From NCBI GenBank assembly GCA_001179505.1, contig CDMY01000446.1:10997-74996 (forward strand): 64,000 bases of DNA. Reading direction: 5' to 3'. The notes beneath the pieces are model-generated. The model searched no databases. It saw only the letters and a program-made list of their open reading frames with translations, and was not told the origin of the DNA. Position 1 is the stretch's first letter; every line of letters starts with the position of its first letter. Made by a program: the position numbers and the translations under genes. Source of the DNA: Vitrella brassicaformis CCMP3155. Its lineage: Eukaryota; Protista; Chromerida. Shown here piece by piece: positions 26,301 to 38,771 of the stretch.

Positions 26301-27286
26301 GGAGGAGGACCACATGCCCGAGACGCTGTGGGACTATGACCCAAAGACGGAGGCGCTCAACGTCCTCATGAAGAAGGTCACTCATGAGAGAGAGCGAGGC
26401 TGGATTGATTGCACAGGCCATGTGTTTGTGTGTGTATGCAGCTGGATCAGCGGAAGGGCTGGGAGCATGTTCAGCGGGAGGTGTTATCCAACAACACCGT
26501 CAAGAAGGCAGACGGGCTCGCACCGCTATTCGGAGGGGACATCGAGGCTGCCCGTGAGTTTGCCAAGCGTCTGAACCACCTTCTGACTGAAGGACAGGCG
26601 CTCACATGGGTGAGGAGACAAGCGACAGCGAGAGACACACCATCAGCCAGCCAGGTGTCCGCACCCCGTCTCCTTGTCTTGTATGTAGGAAGAGCAGCGC
26701 GAGGAAGATGAAGTGAAGATGCTGCTTGTGCTGCAGACACAGGTCAGGATACAAATGGACGTATAAATGGGGAGACATGATGCAAAACCTTGTTTGTCTG
26801 CAGGTGAGTCAGCTGCACCATCGCGTCAGGGCAGTCCGCAAGCAGGCCGAGAAGGCCCACAAGGAGCAGAAGCTGGCCTCCGCCCTTGCCCTTCCAGCCA
26901 GCAAGAAGAAGAAGAAGAAGAGCAAGGTGGAGGCCAAAGACAAGGACGCCGGCTCCCCGGTGCAAGATCGCCCGAGCCCTGAGGGCGGCGGGTCCATCGA
27001 GGAGACACCGCCCCAGCAACAGCCGCAGCCATCTGCAGTCCTGCCCGGCCTGCCGTCACCAGCCCCACCGCACACGGAGCAGGCCCCTCGGCTCGAATAC
27101 ACCAACGACTCTTACTTCGAGCGGCAGCCTTCAAAGGGCAGCGGCAGCCCCAGCCGGGCCCTGACTGTGAACCACAGGCGGTCCAAGGCACGCATAGACC
27201 CGCTGTCTGCCTTCAGTGCAGGGGAGGGGGAGGGGGTCAGGACACCGCTGCCGGGGCAGGTGTCGGAAATGGAAGAGGGAGACTGA
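23400..27286 (+). CDS. PKD2: Polycystin-2 (PKD2/TRPP)-like cation channel
   Basis: KLFFYSVFLGLFIAITML (TM1), NAVFMPVRFRQVRVKEDTC (polycystin domain), WNWIELANLSIY, NLAAFNIIWAFIKVFKYLQ, LFVFGFTFAAHWLYG..FHSWGQSFSTL, PIFFAAW..LVMVNMFVAILTDAH. Confidence 0.85.
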
Positions 27287-27577
27287 GGTCAGCAGCCGTT
27301 TCCCTCTTTGTGTGTGTGTGGTTGGTGTAAAGGGCGACGGACATTTTATGCATGCGTATTTGCGTGGATGCCAGCTAGATTCGGGTCCCTCATAAGTGCG
27401 TTTAGATCCATCCATGGTTGCGTGCTTCCATATGTCGCTGTTCGATAGACTCGGTGTCGCTTTCTTACATGCTCACACTTTTTAATTACACATGGAAGGC
27501 AATGCAGTCGTCCTCACACACGTACATGCAGCCATCGATGTCCAACCTTCACCCACACGTGAGACACGAGCAATACA

Positions 27578-28732
27578 TCAGCTCCATGATTTCTTGCCGC
27601 GTGCCCGCAATCGCTGAACAGTGGCTTGCGCGTGCTTGTCCCTGATCCCATGTACATGCATTCGACAGGGCGTCCGGATTCAGTCAACGCATCGATTAAT
27701 GCAGAGAGTGTACCTCGGCAGCCATCTGAGGTTGTTCAGGGAATTGTTGCATGGATTGCCATCGATGTGGTCCACGTCCAGATAGCTCTCATCGTATCCT
27801 TCCGACAGCCACCGGGCCTTCTCCTCATGCAGAAACACCTCAGCGCACAAGCGGTGCACCAAGTACTCGCGACCTGCAAGTCCTACGCTCCGATACCCCG
27901 ACGCCACCAAGTAACCCTCGGTCGTCCGTCCGTTGCTATGGCGCACTCTGCCTTGATTCGACACCATAGGGAGCCGCTTGCCGACGTAGCTGTCCGCAAG
28001 AAATCGGACGGAGCGGAAACGCTCACCAGGCCAGTTCAACTGGGGCAGAAAGTAGAAAGCCCAGCCACATGTTGGCCTCTGTCGCCTCCTCGCGACCTCA
28101 TTCACGTGAACTGGTGGAAGATGCAGCTCTTCTGATGCGTGACGGATGGACCGGAAGACTCGTGTCTCCCCGGTGCGAAGGCAGCGGGCTTTGAGGGGCA
28201 TGGCGCTGGCGATAAGGGGCCTCGGGCGGGGCAGAGTGGAGGCCGTCTTGATGGCGTGGTGCTTCGGCGTCACCCACTGCAGGTTCGAGACAGTATTGTT
28301 GTCTCGCACGCCATCTTTGTGGTCCACTTGCAGCTTCCCCGCCATATCCTCGCCGTGCTCAGCGATGAGAATGGCCTTCGCGTGCGTCAGGAAGGTCTCA
28401 GCCACCAGCCGATGGACGCGATATGGCTTGTAATTCAGCGTGATGATGCGATAGCCGCTACGGTTTAGGCCGCCAGCTGAAACAGTGCCGTTCGGCCGCC
28501 AGATTTGTCCAGTGGTGGACGCCTGGGCCCCTTGTTTGCAGTGACCATCGAATGGAGGGATGGGCCGGTAGCTCTCACCATTGCCTGGAAGTGGCGGCAC
28601 GGAATGAGTCGTGCCAAACAAGCGGACGGTGCGTGTGGGCGTGTGGGGGGTGGGGACCGGGATCCACTGCAAGCTGGTCACGCAGCAGTTCGAAGCCACG
28701 AGTAGTGCACTTGGACGGCAGACGCGAAGCAT
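27578..28732 (-). CDS. Tandem NUMOD4-HNH endonuclease-like protein, one intron (27642-27713)
   Basis: YRVHRLVAETFL...LQVDHKDGVRDNNTVSNLQWVTPKHH; a NUMOD1-like block RVFRSIRHASEELH; YLVHRLCAEVFL...LDVDHIDGNPCNNSLNNLRWLPR|DKHAQATVQRLRARGKKSWS*. Confidence 0.85.
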
Positions 28733-29591
28733 TTTGGGGTTCGGAGAGCCGCAGTCGATCCCTTTTTCCTCGTCAATTTCTTCCTTCCCTCCCGATTAGC
28801 CCAAATCTGGGCCAATTTTCGTCATCAGGGATGCGCGAGGGACGGTTTGCCACTCGTCTCGTTCATGCCGCAACTTTCTTGTGTCTTGTGTCGTGTAGCT
28901 CTTGAGAAGGCAAATACACAACCCCTCCCACACACAACCAACGCGGCAGCCAAGCCCGAAAGTCAATTATAATGCACATACATACAACCATTCCATCATG
29001 TCCAACCACAGCACGCGCGAGGCATGCCTCATGGTCGTGCTACCAACACGTGGCCCCTCTCAACCCCTCCCCCGTCCTATGCACGGTATCAATGTGTATA
29101 TCTATATATAGTAGTGTGGACTGTGCTGTCTAAGTACGTACAGTCGTAAATGCATCCACGAGATGTGTGTGTGAGTGTCCTGTGTGTGATTCAGGTCTGG
29201 TCGAGGCGTGTGTGTGTAAGTAAGTGAGGAGAGAGATACATGCACGGCGGGACATTAACTGTCTGGGCAGAAACGAGGGACATGGACAAAAACTGCCAAG
29301 CGAAACAGTACAGTGTCGTCGCTACACGTACAAATGAGTACACATGCAGAGAGACAGCACAGCACCAGCCAAACCGAAGCAAAAATCCGGGGAGTGCGAC
29401 AGCCGCCCGACCTTACCACCAGCAGCACATCATCATTTCCACGCATGTACGGTACGCGCTGTGCTGTGCGTGGCTACCCCTCCCATACAGCCAGTGTATG
29501 GATGTAGGCCTGGCGTGCTCTGCTTGAGCACATGTATGTAGGCATAAATGAAGACATACATACATCACACGCACATCGTCCGTCTGTTAAG

Positions 29592-31998
29592 CTAAGCTGC
29601 ACTAACACTTGTCCCGTGCGTGTCGCCCCTGAGCAGCTCCCACTTGCCCGCCAAGGAAGAATGAATCAGCACCGCTATGTGGACGACCATCGACATGGCA
29701 GTGCTGACGAGCTGCATCACCAAATAGAGAGGGCTAAACAGCTCTCGCGCCTCGGCTGGCGCGACGTGTGCGCTCTCCGGCAGCACCCAGTAGAGTGTCG
29801 ACGGGGTCTCCCCTGTCGTCCTGATGCTCGAGAACAGGATGATGGACGCCATCAGGATGGGCGCCTCCCCACACAGACCCAACACGGCATACATGATCCG
29901 AACAGCCGGGCCATTGTCAGGGTATGCCAGCTTCACAAACCAGCAGGCGGCGTCCAGCCCGCACAGCACCATGATGCCCCAGCCAACGGGAGAGCTCCAC
30001 TTAGTCAGCTGCAGCACCAAGAGTGCGGTGGTGGCGTCTGCCACAAGGTCCACGGCCGTGAGGAAGCAGCGGACGACATAGGCCATCCATCTGCGCATGG
30101 GGCGGGCGGGCATGTACCTCCCCAGCACACAACGCATGGCGCGGAGCAGCAAGCGTTGCCATCGCGGGGTCGTCCTCTGCTGCTCGCCGGCTTGCTTATT
30201 ATTCTCCTCGGTCCTGAACCGCTCATACGCCCGATCTCCGATAAGAATGCAAAAGACCTGCAGGCACCCACACACATCGACGTGCACGACCGTCCCCATA
30301 CTGCTTGTCTGTCTCTGTGTGTGGTTCTCCCTCTCCCTGTTGGCTCCACTGACCAGTGTGTTGACGAACATGGCCCACCAAACAACGACCAGCGAATTCC
30401 TGCCCCACATCTGGGCGTCGGGCGTGTCGCTCACAGAAGTCCGTATGAGATCGTAAAAACGGTAGGCCGACATGAGCTGGTTCGGCCACCACAGGCACCA
30501 CTTGACGCGACGCAGCGCCGCTGGCCGAGCGAACAGCGTGACGAAGAGAAAGAGGCTCATGTTGGCAAGCAGCAGCACCAGGATGATAATGTGTGGCCAT
30601 GTGACGTATTTCTGCATCTGACCTGCATTCAGGCAAAACACACACAGACACGTCATCTGCTCCCTCAGGCACACACGCAAAGCATCTGACCGTCATGAAA
30701 CTTGTCGTCGTAGCGGCGGACGAGCAGCGTCGTGAGGGTGCCGGCCCATAGGAAGGCAGAGAACCCCACAAAGCCTGGTGGGCCGACATGATGCCTCAAA
30801 TTGTCCCACGAAAACTGCTGGTAGACGTCGTAGATGCCGCCGGGTGTCTTGTGCTGCCCAATCGAGGGACCCTGCAGCTGCTTGGCCTGGTCAATGACGG
30901 ATATCACGTGCACGAACGAGTGAGCATGAGCATCAGGTTGCTGATCAAAATTGGCCGAGCAGTTGCCTGTCGCATCTTCTGCTGGGGAGGGGGGGCAGGG
31001 CGTGTTGTGTGGGGTCGGTGCGGGAGGTGGCTTGGGAATGGACGAGTGGCGGCGACTGGCCGAGTAGAGCACAAACAAGAGGCAAGCTGTGAGAACCTCA
31101 GACAGGCCTGCAGACACAGAAGAGAAGACACCGTTGTCCCTCCTTCCCTCCTCGTGGCTCCCTAAAGTGGTTGACTGACCAATCAGCGCCACATCCCAAT
31201 CGATGAAGGCCATGATGTAGGGATCCCTGTACAGCTTTTTCACATCCCGTGGCCTCCCAAACAACGAGATGATGCCGCCATTGACCCCACCGACCGCGGC
31301 AAGTACACCAAACACCGCCATGAGCAATCGAAGCAGCCTTTGCATAGAGGAGTCGTCAACTCGCAAGTTGCGAGGCGCGGGCGCTTCCCGCGAGGGAGGG
31401 TCGTGTGGCGTGGAGGGGGATCGTGTGCTGGGGGTGGACGGCAGCACTTGCTGCTGCTGCTGTCGTGGTGTGCACCGGTGGAGCAGCGAGGAGAGCTTCG
31501 TCACCGTATAGCCAAGAGCGCACAGCTGGCGGCGGACCTGCATAGACAAACAAGGGGACACAGACGTGTGTCTGCTGGATACACATCCTCATGTCGACAC
31601 AGACGTGTGTCTGCTGGATACACATCCTCATGCCGCGTCTACCAGAAGGGCTAGAGTAAGGCCGACACATAGCCCACCGGCCATCGCGAACACCCTGAGC
31701 AGCAAGCCAGACACCAAGTGCGGAGAAACGATGGCTGACTGCATATATGTGTTGTGTGGATTGCTCACTTGACGAAGATCAATTCTTTGAAGCCAGGCAC
31801 TTGCAGCAGGGTGGGTGCGTATCTCTCGGGGAATGGCCGGACCACCGTTGCTGTGTTGAGGCAGAGAGAAAGAAGCAGCATCGCCACGCAGATCCATGAG
31901 CATCGTTCGGCGAGGATCACTGCGTCGTCAAGCGCCGCCTGCCGCGTTTCGGGAGGAGGCCTCTCGTCGAGATCCTTTGCTGCCGGCGTGTCCGGCAT
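29592..31998 (-). CDS. Hypothetical multi-pass membrane protein
   Basis: Multi-exon ORFs with several hydrophobic segments (WICVAMLLLSLCL; LLMAVFGVLAAVGG; WPHIIILVLLLANMSLFLFV; IMYAVLGLCGEAPILMASIILF). No family recognised. Confidence 0.6.
31557..31632. repeat. 37-bp direct repeat x2 (period 39) in an intron
   Basis: gacacagacgtgtgtctgctggatacacatcctcatg at 31557 and 31596. Confidence 0.9.
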
Positions 31999-32207
31999 GG
32001 TTGAAAGATCTGGGTAGAGCACAGCTGCCCCAGCTGCCCCATGGCCTCTGTCCTTCCCTCTGCGTTCTCTCCCGGTCCACAGCTCGCATTTGCTAGCGTC
32101 GTTCGTTCGTTGACGATTAGCGAAGAGGAGCCCTTCGCGGGCGATCTGCTGCAGAATGAAGACGTGGGAAGAACTGGCGCTACCCTGGAATTGCTCGCAT
32201 CATAAGA

Positions 32208-32280
32208 GGAAGGCGGCGGGATCGAACCCGCATTGAATCGTTCATCCAGAGAGCGGTTGATTGATTGTGCTACACCTCCC
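32208..32280 (-). tRNA. Degenerate tRNA-like sequence (pseudo-tRNA, possibly Pro-TGG derived)
   Basis: Minus strand GGAGGTG TA GCAC...CGCTC TCTGGAT GAACG...GCGGG TTCGAT CCCGC CGCCTTC: 7-bp acceptor stem, perfect T-stem and B-box. D-arm is broken and the T-loop is 6 nt. Confidence 0.35.
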
Positions 32281-32719
32281 TGATATGTTAGCGAGGACAG
32301 ATCTGCACGGTCCTGACCATTGTCTGCGCATTGGTGGGTTCTCTACCGTACGTTTGAGGACTTCAGTGGACTCCTGTGTCACTTCAAAATGATTGAGTGT
32401 GTCCAAGTCACATGGATCAACCAACCACACACCACACGGCACTCGTGCGTCACACCCACCGCCACCTCACCCGGGCCCGGCCTAGCTATCGCCTCCTCTT
32501 CACGTCACGCACACAGGGCATCCAACCCTCCACTGAGGCAGGCAGCTAACCGAGCCCTTAGAGGCGGACCAGCACGCACGACACACGCCAACACTCACAC
32601 GCATTCCATGCACAGACACACGCATCATCGCCGTCTGCAGAGGGACGGTTGGTTGGTCGATGGTGGATGGCCTGGCGCGTGAGGCACCCCTCCTTGGCTG
32701 GCCGGCTGCATGCCTCGCC

Positions 32720-34001
32720 TCACTTGGCCTTCGCCGCCTCCTTCTTGGCTGCTGCGGCCTTCTGGTCGTGCTCCTCCCTCTTGTGCTCCTTCTTGGCCTT
32801 CTTCCACGCATCCAACACCTCCTGCAGCGCACCATCATACCCACACCACACACACCACACGAGACGAACGAAGTGAGGTGGATGGCCTGGCCTGCTCTTC
32901 TGTGTGATCGGCCGATTCGATAGGCGTATGTGTGTTCAGTGAGTACCCTACGAACGTACCTTATATTTGGCGGCCGCCTCGCGCGACTTCTTGACCTTGG
33001 CGATCTTGTCCTCCTGACATCACACACACCATACGCACCGCAAGACTCGACTTCAAGGGCCTAGCCCTCCCCGTGTGACCCACCTGTCGCTTCTTCTTGC
33101 GGTAGATCCTGGTGGAGGTGATGAGCCGCTGGATCTTGGGTGCCTTGTCGCCCTTGCGGCCCTCGATGGTCCGGCGGATGACGTGCGGCCGCACGTCCTC
33201 GTCCTTGGCCAGCGCAAAGAGCTTGCGGATCTTGTTGGCGCGCTTGGGACCCAGGCGGCGGGGCTGGTTGCCGTCGGTGAGGCCGGGGATGTCGTTGTCG
33301 CCCTGCTTGACCACGGTGAGGGCGAGGACACCGATGTCGGGTCCCACGATGCAGCCGCGGACGGACTTGCGCTTGAACTGCCCTTTGCGCCTGGGGCGGA
33401 AGCAGGGCATGCCCTCCTTGAAGAGCAGGCGGACTCGTGTGTTGGTGAGGACGCCCTGCATCATGGGGAAGCCCTGCTTGTCGTTGCCGCCGGTGATGCG
33501 GAAGATGTAGCCCTTGAACTCGTCACCCAAACTGTCGCCAGGCACCTCAGCAGCCATGCGCTGACACACACAACACACACACACACACAGACACACAGAT
33601 CTGGCTGGTGAGGGGGATCTCTCTGTGTGTGGTGTGGTGTGCTGTGGTCTGTGTGTCAGCCGTACCTTGTCGAAGAAGGGCAGGAGCTTCCTGTCATCCT
33701 CGACCTCCACCGTCTTCTGCTGACCATTGGCGGGGTTCGCGATGTTGACTGATAGCGCACACACACACACACAGAAGCAGCAAACCGCAGACCAACGACG
33801 AGATGATGATCAGTGCGACGGCGGCATCAGGCAACCAAGTAGGGCAGCCACGTGTCGTGTGACCTGTCACTTCGCCTCTCTGTGACCTCCCCACAGAACA
33901 GCAACCTTCCCCATCTGTCTGCGAGTGCCTGACTCGTGCGTCTGTGTGGATCACGCCATATCTGCCCTTCCCATGGTGTCCCCCGTCTGCTTACTCTTCA
34001 T
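32720..34001 (-). CDS. RPS6: 40S ribosomal protein S6 (eS6)
   Basis: MK|[28 protein letters not shown]|[37 protein letters not shown]...[16 protein letters not shown]...[10 protein letters not shown]. Confidence 0.98.
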
Positions 34002-34037
34002 CGTCGCCCGCGGAGGCCTCTTTCAAAAGGAAAGGCG

Positions 34038-34063
34038 TGCGAGCTCAGCTGCGAGTGCGAGCC
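34038..34063. promoter_or_regulatory. TGCGAGCT motif cluster in the RPS6 / LZTR1-like divergent promoter
   Basis: tgcgagct 34038, tgcgagtg 34050, tgcgagcc 34056; the same 8-mer occurs in the other divergent promoters. Confidence 0.55.
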
Positions 34064-34163
34064 TGAGAAAGGGAGGAAGGGGAAGAGAGTGCAGGGCGTG
34101 TGTGTTGTGTATGTTGGCGTGATGGTTGAGCTTGAAGTGTTGAAAGCGGGGTAGCGACGCGTC

Positions 34164-37100
34164 ATGGAAACGGAACTTGGTGAGCAGAGTGTTCAGAGGC
34201 AAATGGCTGTGCCAGGAGGACCATGGCTGTGTGTGTGTGTGTGTTGCGGTTGGTGTGTTTATTCAGACACTGCTGATGAGCCGGGATGCTTCCAGTGGGC
34301 ACCAGTCAAGGCCATTGGCAATCCGCCTCGACAGGTAGGGAACAAAAGCAAAGACAGACGAGAAGAGCACGGTTGTTCAGCCGTGTTGACGCTCACGCTG
34401 ACTGCTTCCTTGTTCCTCGCGCCCACTGTCTGTCTGTCTGTGCCGTCTGATCGGTTAGCGCTCGCTGCACGTGGCGGTGGTGGTTGACAAGTGCATGTAC
34501 GTGTTCGGCGGCTATGACGGCAGCAACCGCGTCAACGACTTCCTTAAATACAACTTCAGTACGGACGGCCAGACGACACTACATTCACTCATGAGCCCGA
34601 CCCATCATGGTAACTGATTGGTTCGGCGATTGCTTCAGAAACGACCAAGTGGAGTCAGATTCAGTCGGGCGCCGAGCGAGGTCCGTCTGCGCGCGACCGG
34701 CACGTGGCTGTCGCACACGACAAGTGCATATACATCTTTGGGGGCTATGACGGCAGCAACCGGATCAACGACTTCTGGTGCTTCGACACCGGTAGGTATG
34801 CCTTAGTGCTCGTGGCCCATCTACTGTGTGTGTGTGTCTGTGTGGCTGTAATGTGTGCAGAGAACGAGACGTGGACGCCGATAGAGAGTCAGGGCACCAC
34901 TCCGTCGCCGCGCCACTCGCACAGCGCTGTGGAGTACAACCACAGCATGTACGTGTTCGCGGGATACGACGGCAACTACAGGAGCGACTTCCACGAATTC
35001 AACTTTGGTAACCAAACAAACACAAGCAACTCACACCAACCGACGGAAGGAAGGGCCTTCTGCGTCATGTTTTTCTTCTTCCTTTCGGTGCACTCACTGC
35101 AGCCCAGAGGAAGTGGGCGCCGGTGCAGGTCAAGAACCAAAACCAGGCGCCCAAGGTGCGGTGCGCATTGACAGTGCAAACGTCACATCATTGTTGAGGG
35201 AGCGAACGAATGGCGTACGGATGTTGACTTGGTGTGGTGTGCTTCTTTCTTGTGTCCACCAGGCGCGATACCGGACGTCTGCTGTAGTGTGGAAGGACAC
35301 GATGCTGGTGTTCGGGGGGCACGACGGGGCCAAACACCTTAATGACTTCTACGAGTACAACTTCGGTAGGCATCGCATTATATGCACACAGGCGAAGACA
35401 AACGTCCAGAGGCCATCCATCCAGCGGTCGCTGTCTGTGTCCCATCCTCTCAGAGGAGCGCATTTGGACTCAGATTGAGCAAGGAGGTAACAAAGACACA
35501 CACACACACACGACGTCTGCGGGTTTGGATGGATGTAACGGCTGTGTGTGACTCTCTGTGTGTACGTCTTGTCTTGTATGTGCAGGCAAGATGGGTCCCC
35601 CGTCCCCCCGCGACTCGCACATCGCAGTCATCCACGGCGACTCGATGCACCTCTTCGGCGGCTCCACCGGACAGGCCAGAAACGACCTTTTCGAGTTCAG
35701 ACTAGGTACCCACCGACGGACGGACAGCTGGGGGCATCTTATGTGTGTGACGAGGAGGGGGAGGTACGTGTGTGTGTGTGTGTGTGTGTGTTGTGCAGAC
35801 ACTCGTGAGTGGCACGAGGTGAAGCCCGCCCTGCCCAACACGTCGCTGTCGCCTGTCCAGGGCCGCACCGCCGCGTCCACACAGGAGGCCATCCAGAAGG
35901 CCACACCATGCCCCAGGTGAGTAGCGAGGCAGGCAGGCCATTCTCACAGGGACGGCTGGATGTTCAGCCTCTGTGTGTGTGTGTGTGTTGTGTGTTGACA
36001 GGTTTTGCCACACGGGTGTGGTTTACAACAACAGTCTGTACATATTTGGGGGCTACGACGGGCAAAACAGACTCAACGACTTCAGACAATTCAAACTCGT
36101 CGACGGTATGCGATGCGCGCAGCGCATGGCAGCAAAGGAAGGCACATCCTGGACTGGACGGATGGATGGATTGGTGGATGTGGGTGCCTGCAGAGGTGAA
36201 TGTTGAGATTCCGAGCAGTTCTCTGATCCAGGATCTGAAGAACTACATCAACTCGCCCCTCTTCAGCGACGTCACATTCATCGTCGAGGGAGACAAGAGG
36301 GTCTACGCCCACAAGCTCATGTGTGTCAGGTACACAACCACACACACACACGCGCGCGCGCACAGATGCATCCATGAATCGTGGCGCCTACTCTGTGTGT
36401 GTGTGACTGCAGGTGTAGCTACTTCCGCGCCATGTTCCAGGGGGAGATGAGGGAGGCCAGGCAAAGCGAACCGGTCGGTCGGCCTGCCTGTCAGACACAC
36501 ACACACACACACACACATTCACAGCGCTCAATATCTGCCCTTATGTGCGTGTAGGTCGAGATCAAGAATGTGTCCCACCGTGTGTTTCTGGGCCTGCTCG
36601 AGTACCTCTACACCGACGAACTCGACATATCCCTCGACGTAACGGCTGCACGCCACAAACAAACCGACAACGAGGAAGCCACCTGCATGGATCTGTGTGT
36701 GGGTGGTGTCTCATCTATCCAGATGGCCATGGATCTCTTCGTTGCGGCGGATCAGTTTGGGGTGGAGAGGTCGGCAAAGTAGCGAGCGACCGAGCGACAC
36801 AATTTACTTTTGTGTGTGTGTATATGTGTGTGTACTATGTCAGGTTGAAGAAGCTGTGTGAGCGCAAGATCCTCACGTCCATCGACATCGACAACGCAGC
36901 CACCATACTGCAGGTAAGGATGCGATCTCCGCCCCCACATTCATACCATCCACGCCACTGCTCCATCGCTCACTCTGTGCGTGTGTGTGTGTGTGTGTGC
37001 CAATACTCAGGCTGCGGATCTGCACACGGCCGTGAGTTTGCGCCAGAGCTGCTTCGACTTCATACTCAGAAACTTCGACGCCGTATCAAAGGTGACCGAC

Positions 37101-37265
37101 ATGCACGACACAACTAACATGACACATTGCGCCACACATCATTGCATTGTATGCGCCTCGCCTGCGTGTGCTGTGTTCACTGTGTTCACTGTGCAGACTC
37201 AGAGTTTCGAGGAGATGGGTCGCGCCAACGTGGAGCTCGTGTTCGAGATACTCAAGAGGAGATGA
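34164..37265 (+). CDS. Kelch-repeat + BTB/POZ + BACK protein (LZTR1-like)
   Basis: Kelch repeats (MYVFGGYDGSNRVNDF, PSPRHSHSAVEYNHSMYVFAGYDG, LYIFGGYDGQNRLNDF); BTB (LFSDVTFIVEGDKRVYAHK..CSYFRAMF, VFLGLLEYLYTD); RLKKLCE; ends LVFEILKRR*. Confidence 0.9.
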
Positions 37266-38771
37266 TCATCTCCTACACATACATACATAACTGACATGCG
37301 CGACGCACACAACACGGACATCGTACCAGATCCACACATACATACGGTCGTTTTGATCGATCCATCTGCTTTCCCCCTGTGTGTGGATGGGACGAGGCGA
37401 GTTTGTGGGTGGGGTGCCTGCCTTGGTGGGCTGGGCGGCTCGGGGGGTGGGGGTGTATTTTGGTGTGGCTCCGCCTGTCTGTCGTGTCGGTCGGTCGGTC
37501 GGTCGGTCGGTCGGTTTTGTACGGTTGGTGTGTTGATTTGACACATGGTGGCCACATGCGCCTGGCCCATGCCTCCCCCCTTCCCTCTCTGCTTCGGTGC
37601 CTGCCTGCCTGCCTGCCTGGAATGATGCATACGTGCTTGGCTGCCGTAGGTCGATAGCGAGAGAGCAGCACCTGCACCCCTCCCCCCCAACCCCCCCTCT
37701 GTCAGTCTCTCTGTCTCTCTGCGTAATTGTTTACATGATGGCTGGCTTGGCACAGCTGACGGACACAGGCAGGCAGGCAGGCAGGCAGGGGTGTGTGTAT
37801 GCAGGCAGGCACAGGCAGGCACAGGCAGGCAGCCATGTGGGTGGGTCGGGGGATGGGATGCTCATAGGTCCTGGTGGCTGGGTGGGTGCCAGTGGGTGGT
37901 TTGTGGGTTGGTTGGGGGGTTTTTGCAATGAATGGACGGCCGAAGGTAGCTAGCGTAATTGATTGATTGATTGCTTGATCGATTGATCGTACTGACGTGG
38001 ATGGCATGGCTCGATGTGATTGATGGGTGGTACACACGTACACGTACTCGTGCATGGTATGGTGTGATTTGGTGCGGTGTATACCTGCATGAATCCAGTA
38101 TGCCCCGCACACACACACACACAGAAAGACAGACAGACAGACCCTCTCTGATGGCGATATGATGATATTTGTTTGTACGTGTGCGTCTATGTCTGTGTGC
38201 GTGGCGTGTTGCCCACACTTCCTGTCTGCCTGCATGCGCACACAAGACACCGGCTGAGCGCCGCGTCATGTCTGGATAACAACTTGTTCTTGTCTTGAAT
38301 GAATGGTGTCTCTCCCGTCCATCCGCCCGTTGATGGTTCCTCCCATCATATCATATGAATGCATGTGTGGTGTCATATCGGCTGCCCACCTCACTTTCTC
38401 CCCACCCACCCACCCACCCACACACGAAGATCTGCCGGCGTCCTCTCGACGCATGGATGGAGCCACAAAGGGTGAAAGAAAAAAGAGAAGTGTGGTGTTG
38501 ACCCACACCAGCACAGACACACAAATAGAAAACGACAGCAGTTGTCAGTCAGTCAGTGTCGGTCGCTTGAACAAAGAAATGTCGCCGATGTAGTATCTAT
38601 CTATCAAATCAAGGCTGCGCTGCGCTGCACATGGCTGTATGCTATGCACATTATAGACAGACACTGGGGGGCCTGTGTGGACACTAGACTAACAATAACA
38701 GAAAAAAGACCCAACCATCCATCCACAATTACACGAGAATCTCCTCATTCTCCTGCAGCATCCGCCCGCCC

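Noticed and set aside
31557-31632. CRISPR-like repeat
   Set aside because: Only two units with a 2-nt spacer, inside a eukaryotic intron; simple slippage.
37270-38720. Gene in the LZTR1-like / SBP intergenic region
   Set aside because: Dominated by (GGTC)n, (GGCA)n and (CA)n microsatellites with no coherent exon chain.
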